A stretch of 42,297 bases of DNA from an uncultured Spirochaetaceae bacterium (GCA_944392735.1 CALXXR010000008.1:1-42297); one strand, 5' to 3'. Numbered from the stretch's first letter, positions 1 through 9,973 are shown. A program made the numbers and translations. The notes: a model not told the origin generated them from the letters alone.

Positions 1-294
1 GCTGCCCAGTATGTTCCCCTTGCCGTCGTCACGAACCTCTCCAGGGAGATCAGGACGCTCAAGGAGAATGGATTCTGGATCTATGGCGCGGATATGGCGG
101 GCGAGGACAGCTATTCCATCGGATTCCCGAAGCGCACCGCAATCGTGATGGGCTCTGAAGGCGATGGCATCTCCCAGCTCGTGAGGAAGAACTGCGACCA
201 TATCATATCGATACCGATGAGGGGACACATCGATTCCCTCAATGTCTCCGTCGCTGCGGGCATCCTCCTGTACGAATTCAGGCGCCCGCGCTGA
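1..294 (+). CDS. SpoU/TrmH-family RNA 2'-O-methyltransferase (RlmB-like), C-terminal part; the 5' end lies outside the window
   Basis: Frame 1 is open from nt 1 to the stop at 292-294. The translation ...AIVMGSEGDGISQLV...IPMRGHIDSLNVSVAAGILLYEF matches the SpoU C-terminal motifs. Confidence 0.8.
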   Translation, partial: AAQYVPLAVVTNLSREIRTLKENGFWIYGADMAGEDSYSIGFPKRTAIVMGSEGDGISQLVRKNCDHIISIPMRGHIDSLNVSVAAGILLYEFRRPR

Positions 295-296
295 GA

Positions 297-1556
297 TCAG
301 CAGAAGTAGGCGTTTCCTATGTCGTCCCTGTACCAGAGGCCCGGGAAGCGCTTTCTTCCTATCAGGTCATAGGCGTTCCTGTTCGCCTCCCCGATGCTTC
401 TTCCCTTGCCGACGACCGTGAGGATCCTTCCGCCTGTGGTGATGGCCTTGCCATCCCTGTCCTGGATGGCTCCGCAGAAGACCACGGGGCCATCGCTCAG
501 GGGCTCGAGGAACATCGATGTCAGTCCCTTCACCTCCATCCCGGTCTTCGGATTCAGCGGATAGCCATCGGCCGCAAGCACGACTGCTACTGTGCATTCA
601 TCCGTCGTCGAGAGCTCCACGGAGCTGACCCTGTCCTCCTCCATGGCACTCAGCACCGAGATGATGTCGGTGTTGATGATCGGGATCATCGACTGGGCCG
701 AAGGGTCGTTGAACCTGACGTGGTAATCCACCAGGAAGGGCTCCTTCTCCGGGGTTATCATCAGCGACAGCGTGAGGATTCCCTTGTATGAGAGCTGTTC
801 GACCTGCATGCCATAGAGCGTAGGCTTTATGATGCGCTCCATGACCTTCTCCTTGACCTCGTCGATCATCGGAAGAGGGCAGAGGGCCCCCATTCCTCCC
901 GTAGGCGTCTGGTCATCCGCGGATTTCTTCGTATAGTCGCTCGTGATCGGCAGCACCATGAACCCGTTGCGGTCAAGCAGCAGCGAGCAGCTTGCAGGCG
1001 TTCCGTTTATGTATTCCTCGAGCAGCACAGGTCCCTTCTGGAAAAGCAGCTTGGAGTATTCCAGGAGCGCTCCCGTGTCATCGGATGAGAGCATGATCCT
1101 CGATGGAGCGACGGAGTTGCTCTTGATCGTGAAATGCTCGCCTGCGTGCCTTTCGAGGTACTTCTGCAGGCTTTCGATGTCTCCGAAGAGTGAGCTGTGC
1201 GGAATGGGGATGTTGTGGCGGCTTGTGAATGCCCTCGAGAAGGATCTGTCGCCCTCGAGCTTCACTGCATTCTCAGTCGCTCCGAACGTGCGGATGCCAT
1301 GTTCGTTGAGGTGCTTGACGACGCCCGTGAAGAGCGGAGCCTCCGTGCCGATGAAGACGAAATCGATGCGATGCTCCCTGCATGCCCTGTAGACGGATTC
1401 CGGATCTGCCGGGTTCACATCGGGCAGGTTCGTGCAGAATCTGCCAGTGGCGAGATTGCCAGGTGCTGCGAATAGAGCTGACAGATAACAGCTCTTGCTG
1501 AACCACCATGCGATGGCATGGTCCTTGGCACCCGACCCTAGCAGTAGAACACGCAT
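297..1556 (-). CDS. purD: phosphoribosylamine-glycine ligase
   Basis: ORF track gives 297..1604. I trimmed the start to ATG 1556 (MRVLLLGSGAKDHAIAWW), which has AAGGAG 6 nt upstream. The translation looks like a full-length GARS/ATP-grasp protein ending ...GGRILTVVGKG. Confidence 0.92.
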   Translation of the reverse strand: MRVLLLGSGAKDHAIAWWFSKSCYLSALFAAPGNLATGRFCTNLPDVNPADPESVYRACREHRIDFVFIGTEAPLFTGVVKHLNEHGIRTFGATENAVKLEGDRSFSRAFTSRHNIPIPHSSLFGDIESLQKYLERHAGEHFTIKSNSVAPSRIMLSSDDTGALLEYSKLLFQKGPVLLEEYINGTPASCSLLLDRNGFMVLPITSDYTKKSADDQTPTGGMGALCPLPMIDEVKEKVMERIIKPTLYGMQVEQLSYKGILTLSLMITPEKEPFLVDYHVRFNDPSAQSMIPIINTDIISVLSAMEEDRVSSVELSTTDECTVAVVLAADGYPLNPKTGMEVKGLTSMFLEPLSDGPVVFCGAIQDRDGKAITTGGRILTVVGKGRSIGEANRNAYDLIGRKRFPGLWYRDDIGNAYFC

Positions 1557-1616
1557 TCTCGACTCCTTTACTAAAACGCTACCATACCGGAAAGTGAAAA
1601 GCAAAGGAAATCGGCC

Positions 1617-2624
1617 TCATCGGAGAGTGTTCAGCGCCTGCTTCATCTCCTGCCGCGTAGTGGCGCTTCCGATGGCGTTCTTGGCCCTGCTGCTGCCTGG
1701 AATGCCCTTGATGTAGGCCATCAGATGCTTTCTCATCTCCCTGCATGCAATGCCCTCCCCGAAGTATTCGATCATCAGGTCGAGATGATGCATCGCCGTG
1801 TCGATCCTCTCCGCTGTCGATGGAAGGGAATAGCTTCCGGTATCCCTGAGATCCTTCGCCTCGCGGAAGATGAACGGGTTTCCGATCGCTCCGCGCGCGA
1901 ACATGACTCCATCCATCCCGTATTCTCCCATCGCCTGCATCGCATCCTGGGGGGTGAACATATCACCGGAGGCGAATAGCAGCACACCGCTTCCCGAGAA
2001 GTGCCTTGAGAGCTTCCTGAAGGCTTTCTTGTCCGCCGTTCCGCTGTAGCCTTGGGCGCGCGTCCTTGCGTGCAGCGTGAGCATCTCGGCGCCAGCCTCG
2101 ACGGCGGCATCCGCGAATTCGATGTAGTTGATCGAAGAAGAGTCCCAGCCTAGGCGGAACTTGACGGAAACGGGGATGTCCGTTCGCTCCTTGATGGCCC
2201 TGACGATCCTACCGATCATCGGAGGATCCTGCATGAGCGCCGAGCCCGCTCCCGTCTTCACGACCTTCGGAACGGGGCAGCCGCAGTTGATGTCTATCGC
2301 GGTGGGGGCATATTCGAGAAGGCGGTCCATGGCGCGCCTGACCGGATCGTCCGATGGTGCGAAGAGCTGCACCACGAGCCTGTCCTCGCCGGGGAAGCGC
2401 TCCAGAAGGGCCTCTGTCTTCTCGCCGCCGCGCGCAAGCCCCTCCGCGCTGACCATCTCCGATACAGCACCATCAGCACCCAGCGAGCGGGCTATCTGCC
2501 TGAAGGCCTTATCCGTGTATCCTGCAAGTGGAGCCAGCATGAATGGGCCCCCGATCGTTCTTATGTCCACCCGACGATGATACCACACAGCCTTTTCAAA
2601 TTGCCATCGGTGTGCTAGCTTCAT
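1617..2624 (-). CDS. dus: tRNA-dihydrouridine synthase
   Basis: Motifs LAPLAGYTDKAFRQIA and DINCGCPVPKVVK fit the Dus TIM-barrel family. The longest start (2624) is only 4 nt from the divergent PSP1 ORF, so the internal ATG at 2540 (MLAPLAGYTD) is an alternative start. Confidence 0.88.
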   Translation of the reverse strand: MKLAHRWQFEKAVWYHRRVDIRTIGGPFMLAPLAGYTDKAFRQIARSLGADGAVSEMVSAEGLARGGEKTEALLERFPGEDRLVVQLFAPSDDPVRRAMDRLLEYAPTAIDINCGCPVPKVVKTGAGSALMQDPPMIGRIVRAIKERTDIPVSVKFRLGWDSSSINYIEFADAAVEAGAEMLTLHARTRAQGYSGTADKKAFRKLSRHFSGSGVLLFASGDMFTPQDAMQAMGEYGMDGVMFARGAIGNPFIFREAKDLRDTGSYSLPSTAERIDTAMHHLDLMIEYFGEGIACREMRKHLMAYIKGIPGSSRAKNAIGSATTRQEMKQALNTLR

Positions 2625-2628
2625 TGTT

Positions 2629-3657
2629 ATGAAGCAGAAGACGGCACACGACGAAGACTGGGCCTATGTATATGTAATAAAGAATCCATCATACAACGAT
2701 ATATGCCTCTGCGCTTGGGACAGCGTCCTCTATGCTGGCACGCCCGTTGTCTATGAGACGCGCTTCGGCCTCGACCTGGGCACGGTCGTCGGACCTGCTC
2801 CGGTGCCCGGCAGGAGCTATGTTCCAGGGCATTCGGAGGTCCATGGCGCATGCCTCCATTTCTCGGACGAGAAGGGAGAGGAGGTGTCATTCGGTACGGA
2901 TGAGAATGCCCATCAGTGCGATTCCTGCCTCCATTGCCAGATCACAAGGGAGCCGGAGAGGATCAAGGTGGACGGAGACGTCACCTGGATCGATCATCTG
3001 GCGACTCCATCGGAGATGGCGAGATACGCCGAGAACGAGGCGAAGGAGGAGGAAGCGCTCAGGATCTGCCGCGAGAAGATCAGGAAGCATGGGCTTGGAA
3101 TGAAGCTCGTCACGACGCATTTCCTCCTCGGGGAGCCCAAGGTCATCTTCTTCTTCACAGCCGATGAGCGCGTCGATTTCCGCGATCTCGTGAAGGATCT
3201 GGTATCTGTCTTCCGCATGCGCATCGAGCTGAGGCAGATAGGCGTGAGGGATGAATCCAGGTTCATCGGAGGCCTCTCCGTGTGCGGCCGCGACTACTGC
3301 TGCCATCTGATGACGAAGGAGATGGATCCCGTGACGATAAAGATGGCGAAGGAGCAGAATCTCTCGCTGAACTCGATGAAGATATCCGGCCCATGCGGAC
3401 GCCTTCTCTGCTGCCTTGCATATGAGTACGACTACTACATGGAGGAGAAGGCAGGCTGTCCTCCGGAGGGGACGAAGCTCCGCATAGACAGGGAGCTCTG
3501 GAGGGTGAGCGAAGTCAACATCCTCTCGAGGAAGATCACTGTCTCCGGAAGCGAGGGACGCACGCTCCAGATACCATTCGAGGAGGTCTCCTTCAACAGC
3601 GCAACGGGCTATTGGGATATAAGCGAGGAGTACCTCGACGAGATGTTCTCGTCCTGA
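2629..3657 (+). CDS. PSP1 domain protein (YaaT/RicT-like)
   Basis: The PSP1 pattern VIFFFTADERVDFRDLVKDLVSVFRMRIELRQIGVRDE...GGLSVCGRDYCC is present. The exact start is uncertain. Confidence 0.85.
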   Translation: MKQKTAHDEDWAYVYVIKNPSYNDICLCAWDSVLYAGTPVVYETRFGLDLGTVVGPAPVPGRSYVPGHSEVHGACLHFSDEKGEEVSFGTDENAHQCDSCLHCQITREPERIKVDGDVTWIDHLATPSEMARYAENEAKEEEALRICREKIRKHGLGMKLVTTHFLLGEPKVIFFFTADERVDFRDLVKDLVSVFRMRIELRQIGVRDESRFIGGLSVCGRDYCCHLMTKEMDPVTIKMAKEQNLSLNSMKISGPCGRLLCCLAYEYDYYMEEKAGCPPEGTKLRIDRELWRVSEVNILSRKITVSGSEGRTLQIPFEEVSFNSATGYWDISEEYLDEMFSS

Positions 3658-3660
3658 CGC

Positions 3661-4110
3661 ATGGTCATAAGACGCATCGACGAAGGCAGGAAGCGCTACC
3701 TTGGCCTGCTCCTTCTCGGGGACGAGGAGGAGAGGATGATCGACCGCTATCTGGAGCGCGGCGATATGTACGTGCTCGATGACTGCGGCGTGAAGGGTGT
3801 GTGCGTCGTGACGGATGAGGGCAATGGCATCCTGGAGATCAGGAACATAGCAGTCTGTCCAGAAGCGCAGGGAAGGGGATACGGCCGTGCGATGATCGAG
3901 TTCATCGAAAAGGAATACGCAGCGGCGCATTCCATCCTCCAGGTCGGCACAGGCGACAGTCCGCTGACGGTCCCATTCTATGAGAAGTGCGGATTCACCC
4001 GTTCCCATTCAATAAAGGGCTTCTTCACCGACAACTACAGCCATCCCATCTTCGAGGGCGGGGTGCAGCTCGTGGATATGGTGTATATGAGGAAGCCTCT
4101 GAAGGGATGA
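3661..4110 (+). CDS. GNAT family N-acetyltransferase
   Basis: 149 aa with IRNIAVCPEAQGRGYGRAMIEF, the acetyl-CoA binding motif (Q/R-x-x-G-x-G/A). It starts 3 nt after the PSP1 stop. Confidence 0.85.
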   Translation: MVIRRIDEGRKRYLGLLLLGDEEERMIDRYLERGDMYVLDDCGVKGVCVVTDEGNGILEIRNIAVCPEAQGRGYGRAMIEFIEKEYAAAHSILQVGTGDSPLTVPFYEKCGFTRSHSIKGFFTDNYSHPIFEGGVQLVDMVYMRKPLKG

Positions 4111-4170
4111 AAATACGCAAATCCGGGCATTTTGTCGTATAAAGGGACTAAAGCATTGCTGGATAACGTG

Positions 4171-4199
4171 TTGACGCATGGTTATCTTTATGGTAAGTT
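4171..4199 (+). promoter_or_regulatory. candidate sigma70-type promoter for rpsT
   Basis: TTGACG (4171-4176), a 17-nt spacer, then TAAGTT preceded by TGg (extended -10 like). A second candidate, TTGACA at 4220-4225, lies inside the leader hairpin. Confidence 0.3.
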
Positions 4200-4270
4200 C
4201 TGTAAGCGCTGTCAGTATTTTGACAGCTATTTAATTGCATAAAACGATTGGAATTCGTTTGGAGGAATAA

Positions 4271-4531
4271 ATGGCTAACAAGTCCGCAGAGAAGAGGGAG
4301 CGCCAGGAAGCAAAGCGCCGCCTCCGCAACCGCATGGCAAAGAGCACGATGCGCACAGCTATCAAGAAGTTCGATTCAGCAGTCGCTGCTGGCGATAAGG
4401 AAGCCGCCGGAAAGGCATTCGCAGAGAGCAGCAAGCTCCTCGATTCAGTCGCTGGAAAGGGAATCATCCATAGGAATACAGCTGCAAGGAAGAAGAGCCG
4501 TCTCGCACACGCATACAACAAGATGGTCTGA
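4271..4531 (+). CDS. rpsT: 30S ribosomal protein S20
   Basis: 86 aa beginning MANKSAEKRERQEAKRRLRNR, with GGAGGA 4 nt upstream of the ATG. Confidence 0.95.
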   Translation: MANKSAEKRERQEAKRRLRNRMAKSTMRTAIKKFDSAVAAGDKEAAGKAFAESSKLLDSVAGKGIIHRNTAARKKSRLAHAYNKMV

Positions 4532-4551
4532 TTGCTTCTGAGGAGTGCGCT

Positions 4552-4866
4552 ATGGAACAGAAACTTACAAAGGCTGCTATCATAGAGAGCCTTCACGCGA
4601 AGCTTGGCATCAACAGGACAGATATCCATCAGGTGATCGATGAGCTCTTCGAGGAGATCAAGGATGGCCTGAAGGATAACCGTGTCATCGAGCTCCGCGG
4701 CTTCGGAACCTTCGAGGTCCGCATCAGGAAGGGCCGCGAGAAGGCCCGCAATCCCAAGACGGGTGATGTCGTTGCCGTGGATAAGCATGGCGTTGCCATC
4801 TTCCGCCCTGGCAAGGAGCTGAAGGATTTCGTCTGGGGCATCACCAAGGGACCGGATGAGGAATAA
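4552..4866 (+). CDS. HU/IHF-family DNA-binding protein
   Basis: 104 aa with RGFGTFEVRIRKGREKARNPKTGDVVAVDKHGVAIFRPGKELK, the HU/IHF beta-arm signature including RNPxTG. Confidence 0.9.
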   Translation: MEQKLTKAAIIESLHAKLGINRTDIHQVIDELFEEIKDGLKDNRVIELRGFGTFEVRIRKGREKARNPKTGDVVAVDKHGVAIFRPGKELKDFVWGITKGPDEE

Positions 4867-6544
4867 CAGCTTGAAGACCATCAGAAGACATTCTGCAGGA
4901 AGCCTCAGGACAGTATGTTCTGAGGTTCTTGTTTTAGCAGCCTCTGCATTCGTATTCTCCATAGCATTCCCCGGATTCATGGTGCCGGATGGGCTGGGAT
5001 TCGTGGCGTTCTTCGCGCTCATCCCCGTGTTCGCCGTCATCAGGCATGCATCCTGGAAGCATGTATGGTGGGAGGGATTCTTCTTCGGCTTCGCCTTCTA
5101 CCTCTTCTTCGCCTATTGGCTGAAGAGCTTCCATGCCCTGGCCATCGTGCTGATCCCGGTCATCAAGGCATTCGAGATGATGCTCTGCTTCATAGCCCTG
5201 AAGGCGGCAGACAGCTTCTTCAAGCGCTTCGGGTATGTCGTGCAGGCCATCATCTGGGTCGCCTATGCGTATCTTTCCGAAAGCTGGTTCGCCGGCTTCT
5301 CATACGGCAACATCGCATATGCGTTCTACAGCTATACCTGGTTCGTTCAGATTGCGGACATCACGGGAATATGGGGGATTGCATTCCTTGCCATCCTGCC
5401 GCAGCCGTTCCTGGGAAGGTTCCTGTGCGATGCGATCGGTGGAGCTTCGGAGCGCTTCCCGGGATATCTGAGGAGACATATCATCTTCATTGCCGTATAT
5501 GCTGTGCTTCTTGCCTCCGATCTGATCTACGGAGCCGTCCGCACGTCGGAGTGGAGGGCGAAGGAGCCGGATCGCATATGGGATGTCGTCGCTGTGCAGC
5601 ACAACCACGATTCATGGCAGGGCGGCTACTATACCTATCTCCACAACTTCAACAACCTCAGACGCTACACGCTGGAAGCGATGTCGCAGGTCGATCCGGA
5701 TATCGTCATATGGAGCGAGACCGCATTCGTGCCTTCCGTCGCATGGCACACGAACTATTCGACCGAAGGATCCGGATACGAGGTCACCGCGGCTTTGGTG
5801 AACGACTTCGTCTCGTTCGGCGAGAACCTTGGCGTGCCCCTTCTGACAGGCAATCCGGAGGGCGTCATCGATGATCCGTCGCTTCCTCCGATCCTCGAGG
5901 ATGGCAGCACGAACAGGATGGACTACAACACCGTCATCCTCTTCGATGATGGCGAGATCAAGGAGACGTACCGCAAGCAGCATCTCGTGCCATTCACGGA
6001 GCACTTCCCATATGAGGAGGAGCTGCCATGGCTCTACAACCTGCTCCTGGCCAACGACTACAACTGGTGGCTGCAGGGGGATGAGCCGGTGGTCTTCGTC
6101 TCCGATGGCGTCCATTTCTCTACGCCGATATGCTTCGAGGACAACTTCGGATACCTCTCTGCCGAGTTCGCCGCAGCTGGCGCCGATGTGATAGTGAACA
6201 TGTCCAACGACAACTGGTCCAAGAAGGTGAGCGCGGAGATGCAGCATGCTGCGATGGGCTCGTTCAGGTCCGTTGAGACGAGGAAGGCCACGATCAGGGG
6301 CACCAACAGCGGCATAACCTGCCTTATAACCCCCGAGGGCACCATCCACGACAGGATGGAGCCGTTCGTGATGGGCTGGCACCTCTATCATGTGCCGGTG
6401 TATGAGGGAGGAGAGGAGACGTTCTACGTGCGCCACATCGATCTCTTCGCGCATATAGCCGTATATGCATCCTGGGCGCTTCTTGCCGTTGGCGCTCTGA
6501 TGAGGATCGCCTCGCTTGTTTCCAAGCGCGGCAGGAAAGGCTGA
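4856..6544 (+). CDS. lnt: apolipoprotein N-acyltransferase
   Basis: A multi-TM N-terminal half is followed by CN-hydrolase contexts WSETAF, YRKQHLVPFTE and TPICFED. It overlaps the HU gene by 11 nt, so the start is uncertain. Confidence 0.87.
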   Translation: MRNNSLKTIRRHSAGSLRTVCSEVLVLAASAFVFSIAFPGFMVPDGLGFVAFFALIPVFAVIRHASWKHVWWEGFFFGFAFYLFFAYWLKSFHALAIVLIPVIKAFEMMLCFIALKAADSFFKRFGYVVQAIIWVAYAYLSESWFAGFSYGNIAYAFYSYTWFVQIADITGIWGIAFLAILPQPFLGRFLCDAIGGASERFPGYLRRHIIFIAVYAVLLASDLIYGAVRTSEWRAKEPDRIWDVVAVQHNHDSWQGGYYTYLHNFNNLRRYTLEAMSQVDPDIVIWSETAFVPSVAWHTNYSTEGSGYEVTAALVNDFVSFGENLGVPLLTGNPEGVIDDPSLPPILEDGSTNRMDYNTVILFDDGEIKETYRKQHLVPFTEHFPYEEELPWLYNLLLANDYNWWLQGDEPVVFVSDGVHFSTPICFEDNFGYLSAEFAAAGADVIVNMSNDNWSKKVSAEMQHAAMGSFRSVETRKATIRGTNSGITCLITPEGTIHDRMEPFVMGWHLYHVPVYEGGEETFYVRHIDLFAHIAVYASWALLAVGALMRIASLVSKRGRKG

Positions 6545-6545
6545 G

Positions 6546-7784
6546 ATGAAGGCAAGCATAATCGTAATAGGCACAGAGCTGACGAGGGGTATCATCCAGG
6601 ATAGGAACAGCTCCCTCATCAGCCGCGAGCTCACGCATCTGGGAGTCCATGTCTCTGAAATCGTGGCACTGCCCGATGACGGCACCATCAAGTCCGTCCT
6701 TGGCGCCCTGATGCGCTCCTCTGACCTCGTGGTCATCACGGGAGGTCTGGGGCCGACGAGCGACGACATGACGCGATACGCCATTGCCGAAGCCGCTGGC
6801 AGGGATCTGGTGCGCGATGGTAAGTGCTGGGACTTCCTCCTCTCGAAGCTCGGGGAGAAGGCCTATGGCGCCAACTCAAGGCAGGCCATGATCCCAGAGG
6901 GATTCTCTGCAATCGCAAACCGCAATGGCACTGCTCCCGGATTCTATGGCTATGGCGGCAGCACGCTCCTTGTATCGCTGCCTGGGCCTCCGAGGGAGAT
7001 GGAGCCCATGCTCTATGAGAGCGTCCTTCCGCTCGTGAAGGAGAAGCTCGATCTGCCGGATGTCGAACGCGATGAATACACGTCGTTCATCACCGCAGAG
7101 GCCAAGCTGGAGGAGCTCTACGGATCCGTCGATCCAGAGCTGGATTGGGGAACGAGGTTCCAGGACTACAGGATATCCCTATACGTGTCTGGAAAGACGA
7201 AGACCCTGCGCGATGAGACTGTGGCAAGGCTCAGGAAGCTCGTCGGCGTCCATCGCATAGAGGACGGGCAGGTCGACGCGCTTGGGATCCTCATCTCCAC
7301 GCTGGAATCCCGTGGAGCGACCGTCTCCGCGGCCGAGAGCTGCACGGGAGGGCTCGCATCCGAGCTGCTGACGTCGCGTCCGGGCTCGTCCAGGTACATG
7401 CTCGGCTCGGTGACATCCTACGCGCCTTCGGTGAAGAGGGATGTGCTTGGCGTAAAGGAGTCCACCATCGAACGCTATGGCACTGTCTCGGCGAAGTGCG
7501 CCATCGAGATGGCTGAAGGCGTGCTGAGGCTCACAGGGTCGGACTACTCGCTCTCGGTGACGGGCGTCGCGGGCCCTGATACGGATGAGGGCAAGGCCGT
7601 CGGAACGGTGCATCTCGCATTCGCAGGCAGGGGCAGGGAGACGTCCAGCGTGCTTCTGAGGTTCTCATCATGGGGACGCGATTCCATCAGGAGGAAGGCT
7701 GTCGTATCCGCATTCCTGCTTCTTTCGGCATACATCGATGGCGAGGATCCTGCGGCGATCGCCGGCGGCTGGGAATATATCTGA
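6546..7784 (+). CDS. cinA: CinA-family protein (MoCF-type N-domain + nicotinamide-nucleotide amidase PncC-type C-domain)
   Basis: ORF track gives 6516..7784. I trimmed the start to ATG 6546 (MKASIIVIGTELTRG), 1 nt after the lnt stop. The C-domain carries AAESCTGGLASELLT. Confidence 0.9.
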   Translation: MKASIIVIGTELTRGIIQDRNSSLISRELTHLGVHVSEIVALPDDGTIKSVLGALMRSSDLVVITGGLGPTSDDMTRYAIAEAAGRDLVRDGKCWDFLLSKLGEKAYGANSRQAMIPEGFSAIANRNGTAPGFYGYGGSTLLVSLPGPPREMEPMLYESVLPLVKEKLDLPDVERDEYTSFITAEAKLEELYGSVDPELDWGTRFQDYRISLYVSGKTKTLRDETVARLRKLVGVHRIEDGQVDALGILISTLESRGATVSAAESCTGGLASELLTSRPGSSRYMLGSVTSYAPSVKRDVLGVKESTIERYGTVSAKCAIEMAEGVLRLTGSDYSLSVTGVAGPDTDEGKAVGTVHLAFAGRGRETSSVLLRFSSWGRDSIRRKAVVSAFLLLSAYIDGEDPAAIAGGWEYI

Positions 7785-7802
7785 GCGGTCGCTGGATGTC
7801 TG

Positions 7803-7832
7803 TTGACTATTTCCCGACGATGGCAATATCAT
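7803..7832 (+). promoter_or_regulatory. candidate sigma70-type promoter for rho
   Basis: TTGACT (7803-7808), an 18-nt spacer, then TATCAT (7827-7832). The ~70-nt leader contains a GGCCC/GGGCC hairpin. Confidence 0.35.
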
Positions 7833-7904
7833 CGGGGTGTATCAAGGCCCGAACATGCCTGGGCCGTATTCTTTCGGAAAAAGCATTTTCCTTTCGGAGT
7901 AATA

Positions 7905-9656
7905 ATGTCAGAAACATTCGAAGAGCTTGATGCTGCAGAGGCTGCGGCATCCGTCGAGGCAAAGCCCGCCAAGAGAAGGCCGGGACGCCCTAGGAAGGCA
8001 AGACCAGAGGATGAGGGCGAGAAGAAGCCCCGCGTAACGATAAAGAGGAAGGCCCGCGTGACCGTGAAGGGCTCTGATGATGCCGCCCCGCAGGCAGGCG
8101 TCGTCGAGGTACCTGTCCAGGAGGAGCCTATGCAGGAGGTGGCAGCGCCGGAGGCCGTGGAAGCGGAACCGGCTCCTGAGAATGCTGCGGATGAGGCGGC
8201 TCAGCCTCAGGAGGAGGGCTCTGATAGGCCCCAGCAGACTGAGAAGCGCTACGATGACAGATTCCATAACGGCAGGCGCGACAAGCGCATGAAGAACAAC
8301 GGCAAGAGACGCCCGAATGAGGAGTATCAGCCGGAGATCAACATCGATGAGCATCCCGATGCGCCCCAGCTCTTCATTTCCGTGCTCACGGCTCTCCATA
8401 TCGATGAGCTGAGGGACAGGGCGAAGCTGCAGGGGATTCCCGAGGATGTCATCCTCGACTGCCGCAAGTCCGAGCTTATCGCGAGGATGCTTCGCCTGCA
8501 CTCCGCAAACGGCGGCGTGCTCCTTGCAGAGGGCACTCTCGAGGTCCTTCAGGAGGGCAGCTTCGGCTATCTTAGATATGCCGTGAACAACTATCTTGCC
8601 GGAACGGAGGATGTCTATGTCTCCGCTTCGCTGATCAAGGCGATCGGAATGAAGACCGGCGATGCCGTCTATGCCCAGATCAGGGCGCCGCGCGAGAACG
8701 AGAAGAGCGCAGCTGTGGTACGCGTCCTCAAGGTCAACGGCGAGGAGCCGAAGATGGCGAAGATCAGGGCGCCGTTCGATACGCTCACGCCGCTCTTCCC
8801 CGATGAGAGGCTCCATCTCGAGGTCATCGAGGATGAGGCCAAGCCTGCGGATCTCTCCACGCGCGTCGTGGATCTTTTCTGCCCGATCGGAAAGGGACAG
8901 CGCTCCCTCATCGTCGCACCGCCGCGCACGGGAAAGACGGTTCTCATGCAGAAGATCGCCAATGCCATCACCACCAACCATCCGGAGGTTACGCTCATCG
9001 TCCTTCTCGTCGACGAGCGCCCTGAGGAGGTCACCGATATGAGGAGGAACGTGAAGGCGGAGGTCATCGCCTCGACGTTCGATGAGCAGGCGCAGCACCA
9101 TGTGCAGGTTGCGGAGATGGTCATCGAGAAGGCGAAGAGGCTCGTCGAGTACAAGAAGGATGTCGTCATCCTCCTCGATTCGATCACGCGTCTCGCCAGG
9201 GCCTACAACCAGACGGTGCCGGCATCGGGGAAGATACTCTCAGGCGGCGTCGATTCCAACGCGCTCCACAAGCCCAAGAGGTTCTTCGGAGCGGCAAGGA
9301 ACATCGAGCAGGGCGGATCGCTGACGATCATATCGACGGCACTCATCGAAACGGGATCTAGGATGGATGAGGTCATCTTCGAGGAGTTCAAGGGTACGGG
9401 AAACAACGAGATCGTGCTCGACCGCAAGATGGCGGACAACCGCAAGTTCCCAGCGATCAACATCAAGAAGTCGGGAACGAGAAGGGATGATCTGCTGCTG
9501 CAGCCGGATGTGCTTTCCCGCGTCTTCCTCCTGCGCTCGGCGTTCGGCAATCTCGACGATATCGACATGTCCGTGGCTCTGATTGACAAGATGAAGAAGA
9601 CAAACAATAATAAGGAGTTCCTCGACTCGATGAACACTCCATCGACGCTGAGGTGA
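7905..9656 (+). CDS. rho: transcription termination factor Rho with a ~160-aa N-terminal extension
   Basis: ORF track gives 7803..9656. I trimmed the start to ATG 7905 (MSETFEEL), which has GGAG 5 nt upstream. The Rho_N-like [15 protein letters not shown], Walker A PPRTGKT, Walker [13 protein letters not shown] and the C-terminal [10 protein letters not shown] are all present. Confidence 0.95.
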   Translation: MSETFEELDAAEAAASVEAKPAKRRPGRPRKARPEDEGEKKPRVTIKRKARVTVKGSDDAAPQAGVVEVPVQEEPMQEVAAPEAVEAEPAPENAADEAAQPQEEGSDRPQQTEKRYDDRFHNGRRDKRMKNNGKRRPNEEYQPEINIDEHPDAPQLFISVLTALHIDELRDRAKLQGIPEDVILDCRKSELIARMLRLHSANGGVLLAEGTLEVLQEGSFGYLRYAVNNYLAGTEDVYVSASLIKAIGMKTGDAVYAQIRAPRENEKSAAVVRVLKVNGEEPKMAKIRAPFDTLTPLFPDERLHLEVIEDEAKPADLSTRVVDLFCPIGKGQRSLIVAPPRTGKTVLMQKIANAITTNHPEVTLIVLLVDERPEEVTDMRRNVKAEVIASTFDEQAQHHVQVAEMVIEKAKRLVEYKKDVVILLDSITRLARAYNQTVPASGKILSGGVDSNALHKPKRFFGAARNIEQGGSLTIISTALIETGSRMDEVIFEEFKGTGNNEIVLDRKMADNRKFPAINIKKSGTRRDDLLLQPDVLSRVFLLRSAFGNLDDIDMSVALIDKMKKTNNNKEFLDSMNTPSTLR

Positions 9657-9714
9657 GATAGATATCGCCCATCTGTGAAAGCAGATGGTTAATACATAGA
9701 ACCGGAGGAGAAAG

Positions 9715-9921
9715 ATGAAGAAGAATATCCACCCTGAGTATACGCTTCAGGAAATCCACTGCTCATGCGGCAATGTGATCAAGACGAAGTCCACGGCGAA
9801 GAACCTCCATGTCGAAATCTGCTCGGCATGCCACCCGTTCTTCACCGGAACGCAGAAGCTCGTCGATACGACGGGACGCGTTGAGCGCTTCAACAAGAGA
9901 TACCACAGGGAATCGAACTGA
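9715..9921 (+). CDS. rpmE: 50S ribosomal protein L31 (Zn-ribbon type)
   Basis: 68 aa with [13 protein letters not shown]...[10 protein letters not shown], and GGAGGAG upstream. Confidence 0.95.
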   Translation: MKKNIHPEYTLQEIHCSCGNVIKTKSTAKNLHVEICSACHPFFTGTQKLVDTTGRVERFNKRYHRESN

Positions 9922-9942
9922 ACGCTTCGATGAGCAGGATAA

Positions 9943-9973
9943 GGCCAGGGGCAGAACCCTGGTCTTTGTTTTT
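9943..9973 (+). terminator. Rho-independent terminator after rpmE
   Basis: GGCCAGGG (9943-9950) pairs with CCCTGGTC (9957-9964) to give 8 bp including one G-U, with a 6-nt loop. The tract TTTGTTTTT follows. Confidence 0.75.

Noticed and set aside
2887-4008. 373-aa ORF on the minus strand, antisense to the PSP1 and GNAT genes
   Set aside because: It is a shadow ORF of the kind common in GC-rich coding DNA. The translation is Arg/His/Leu/Asp-rich with no motif, and the opposite strand carries two well-supported genes.
5612-6784. 390-aa minus-strand ORF antisense to lnt and cinA
   Set aside because: Same reasoning: a low-complexity translation spanning a gene boundary of two supported plus-strand genes.
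7908-9101. 397-aa minus-strand ORF antisense to rho
   Set aside because: rho is unambiguous on the plus strand, and the antisense translation is Arg/Leu/Asp-rich junk.
9669-9688. Hairpin CCATCTG-N6-CAGATGG after rho as a terminator
   Set aside because: It has only a 7-bp AT-containing stem and no T-tract (TTAATAC follows). rpmE starts 27 nt later, so read-through is likely.
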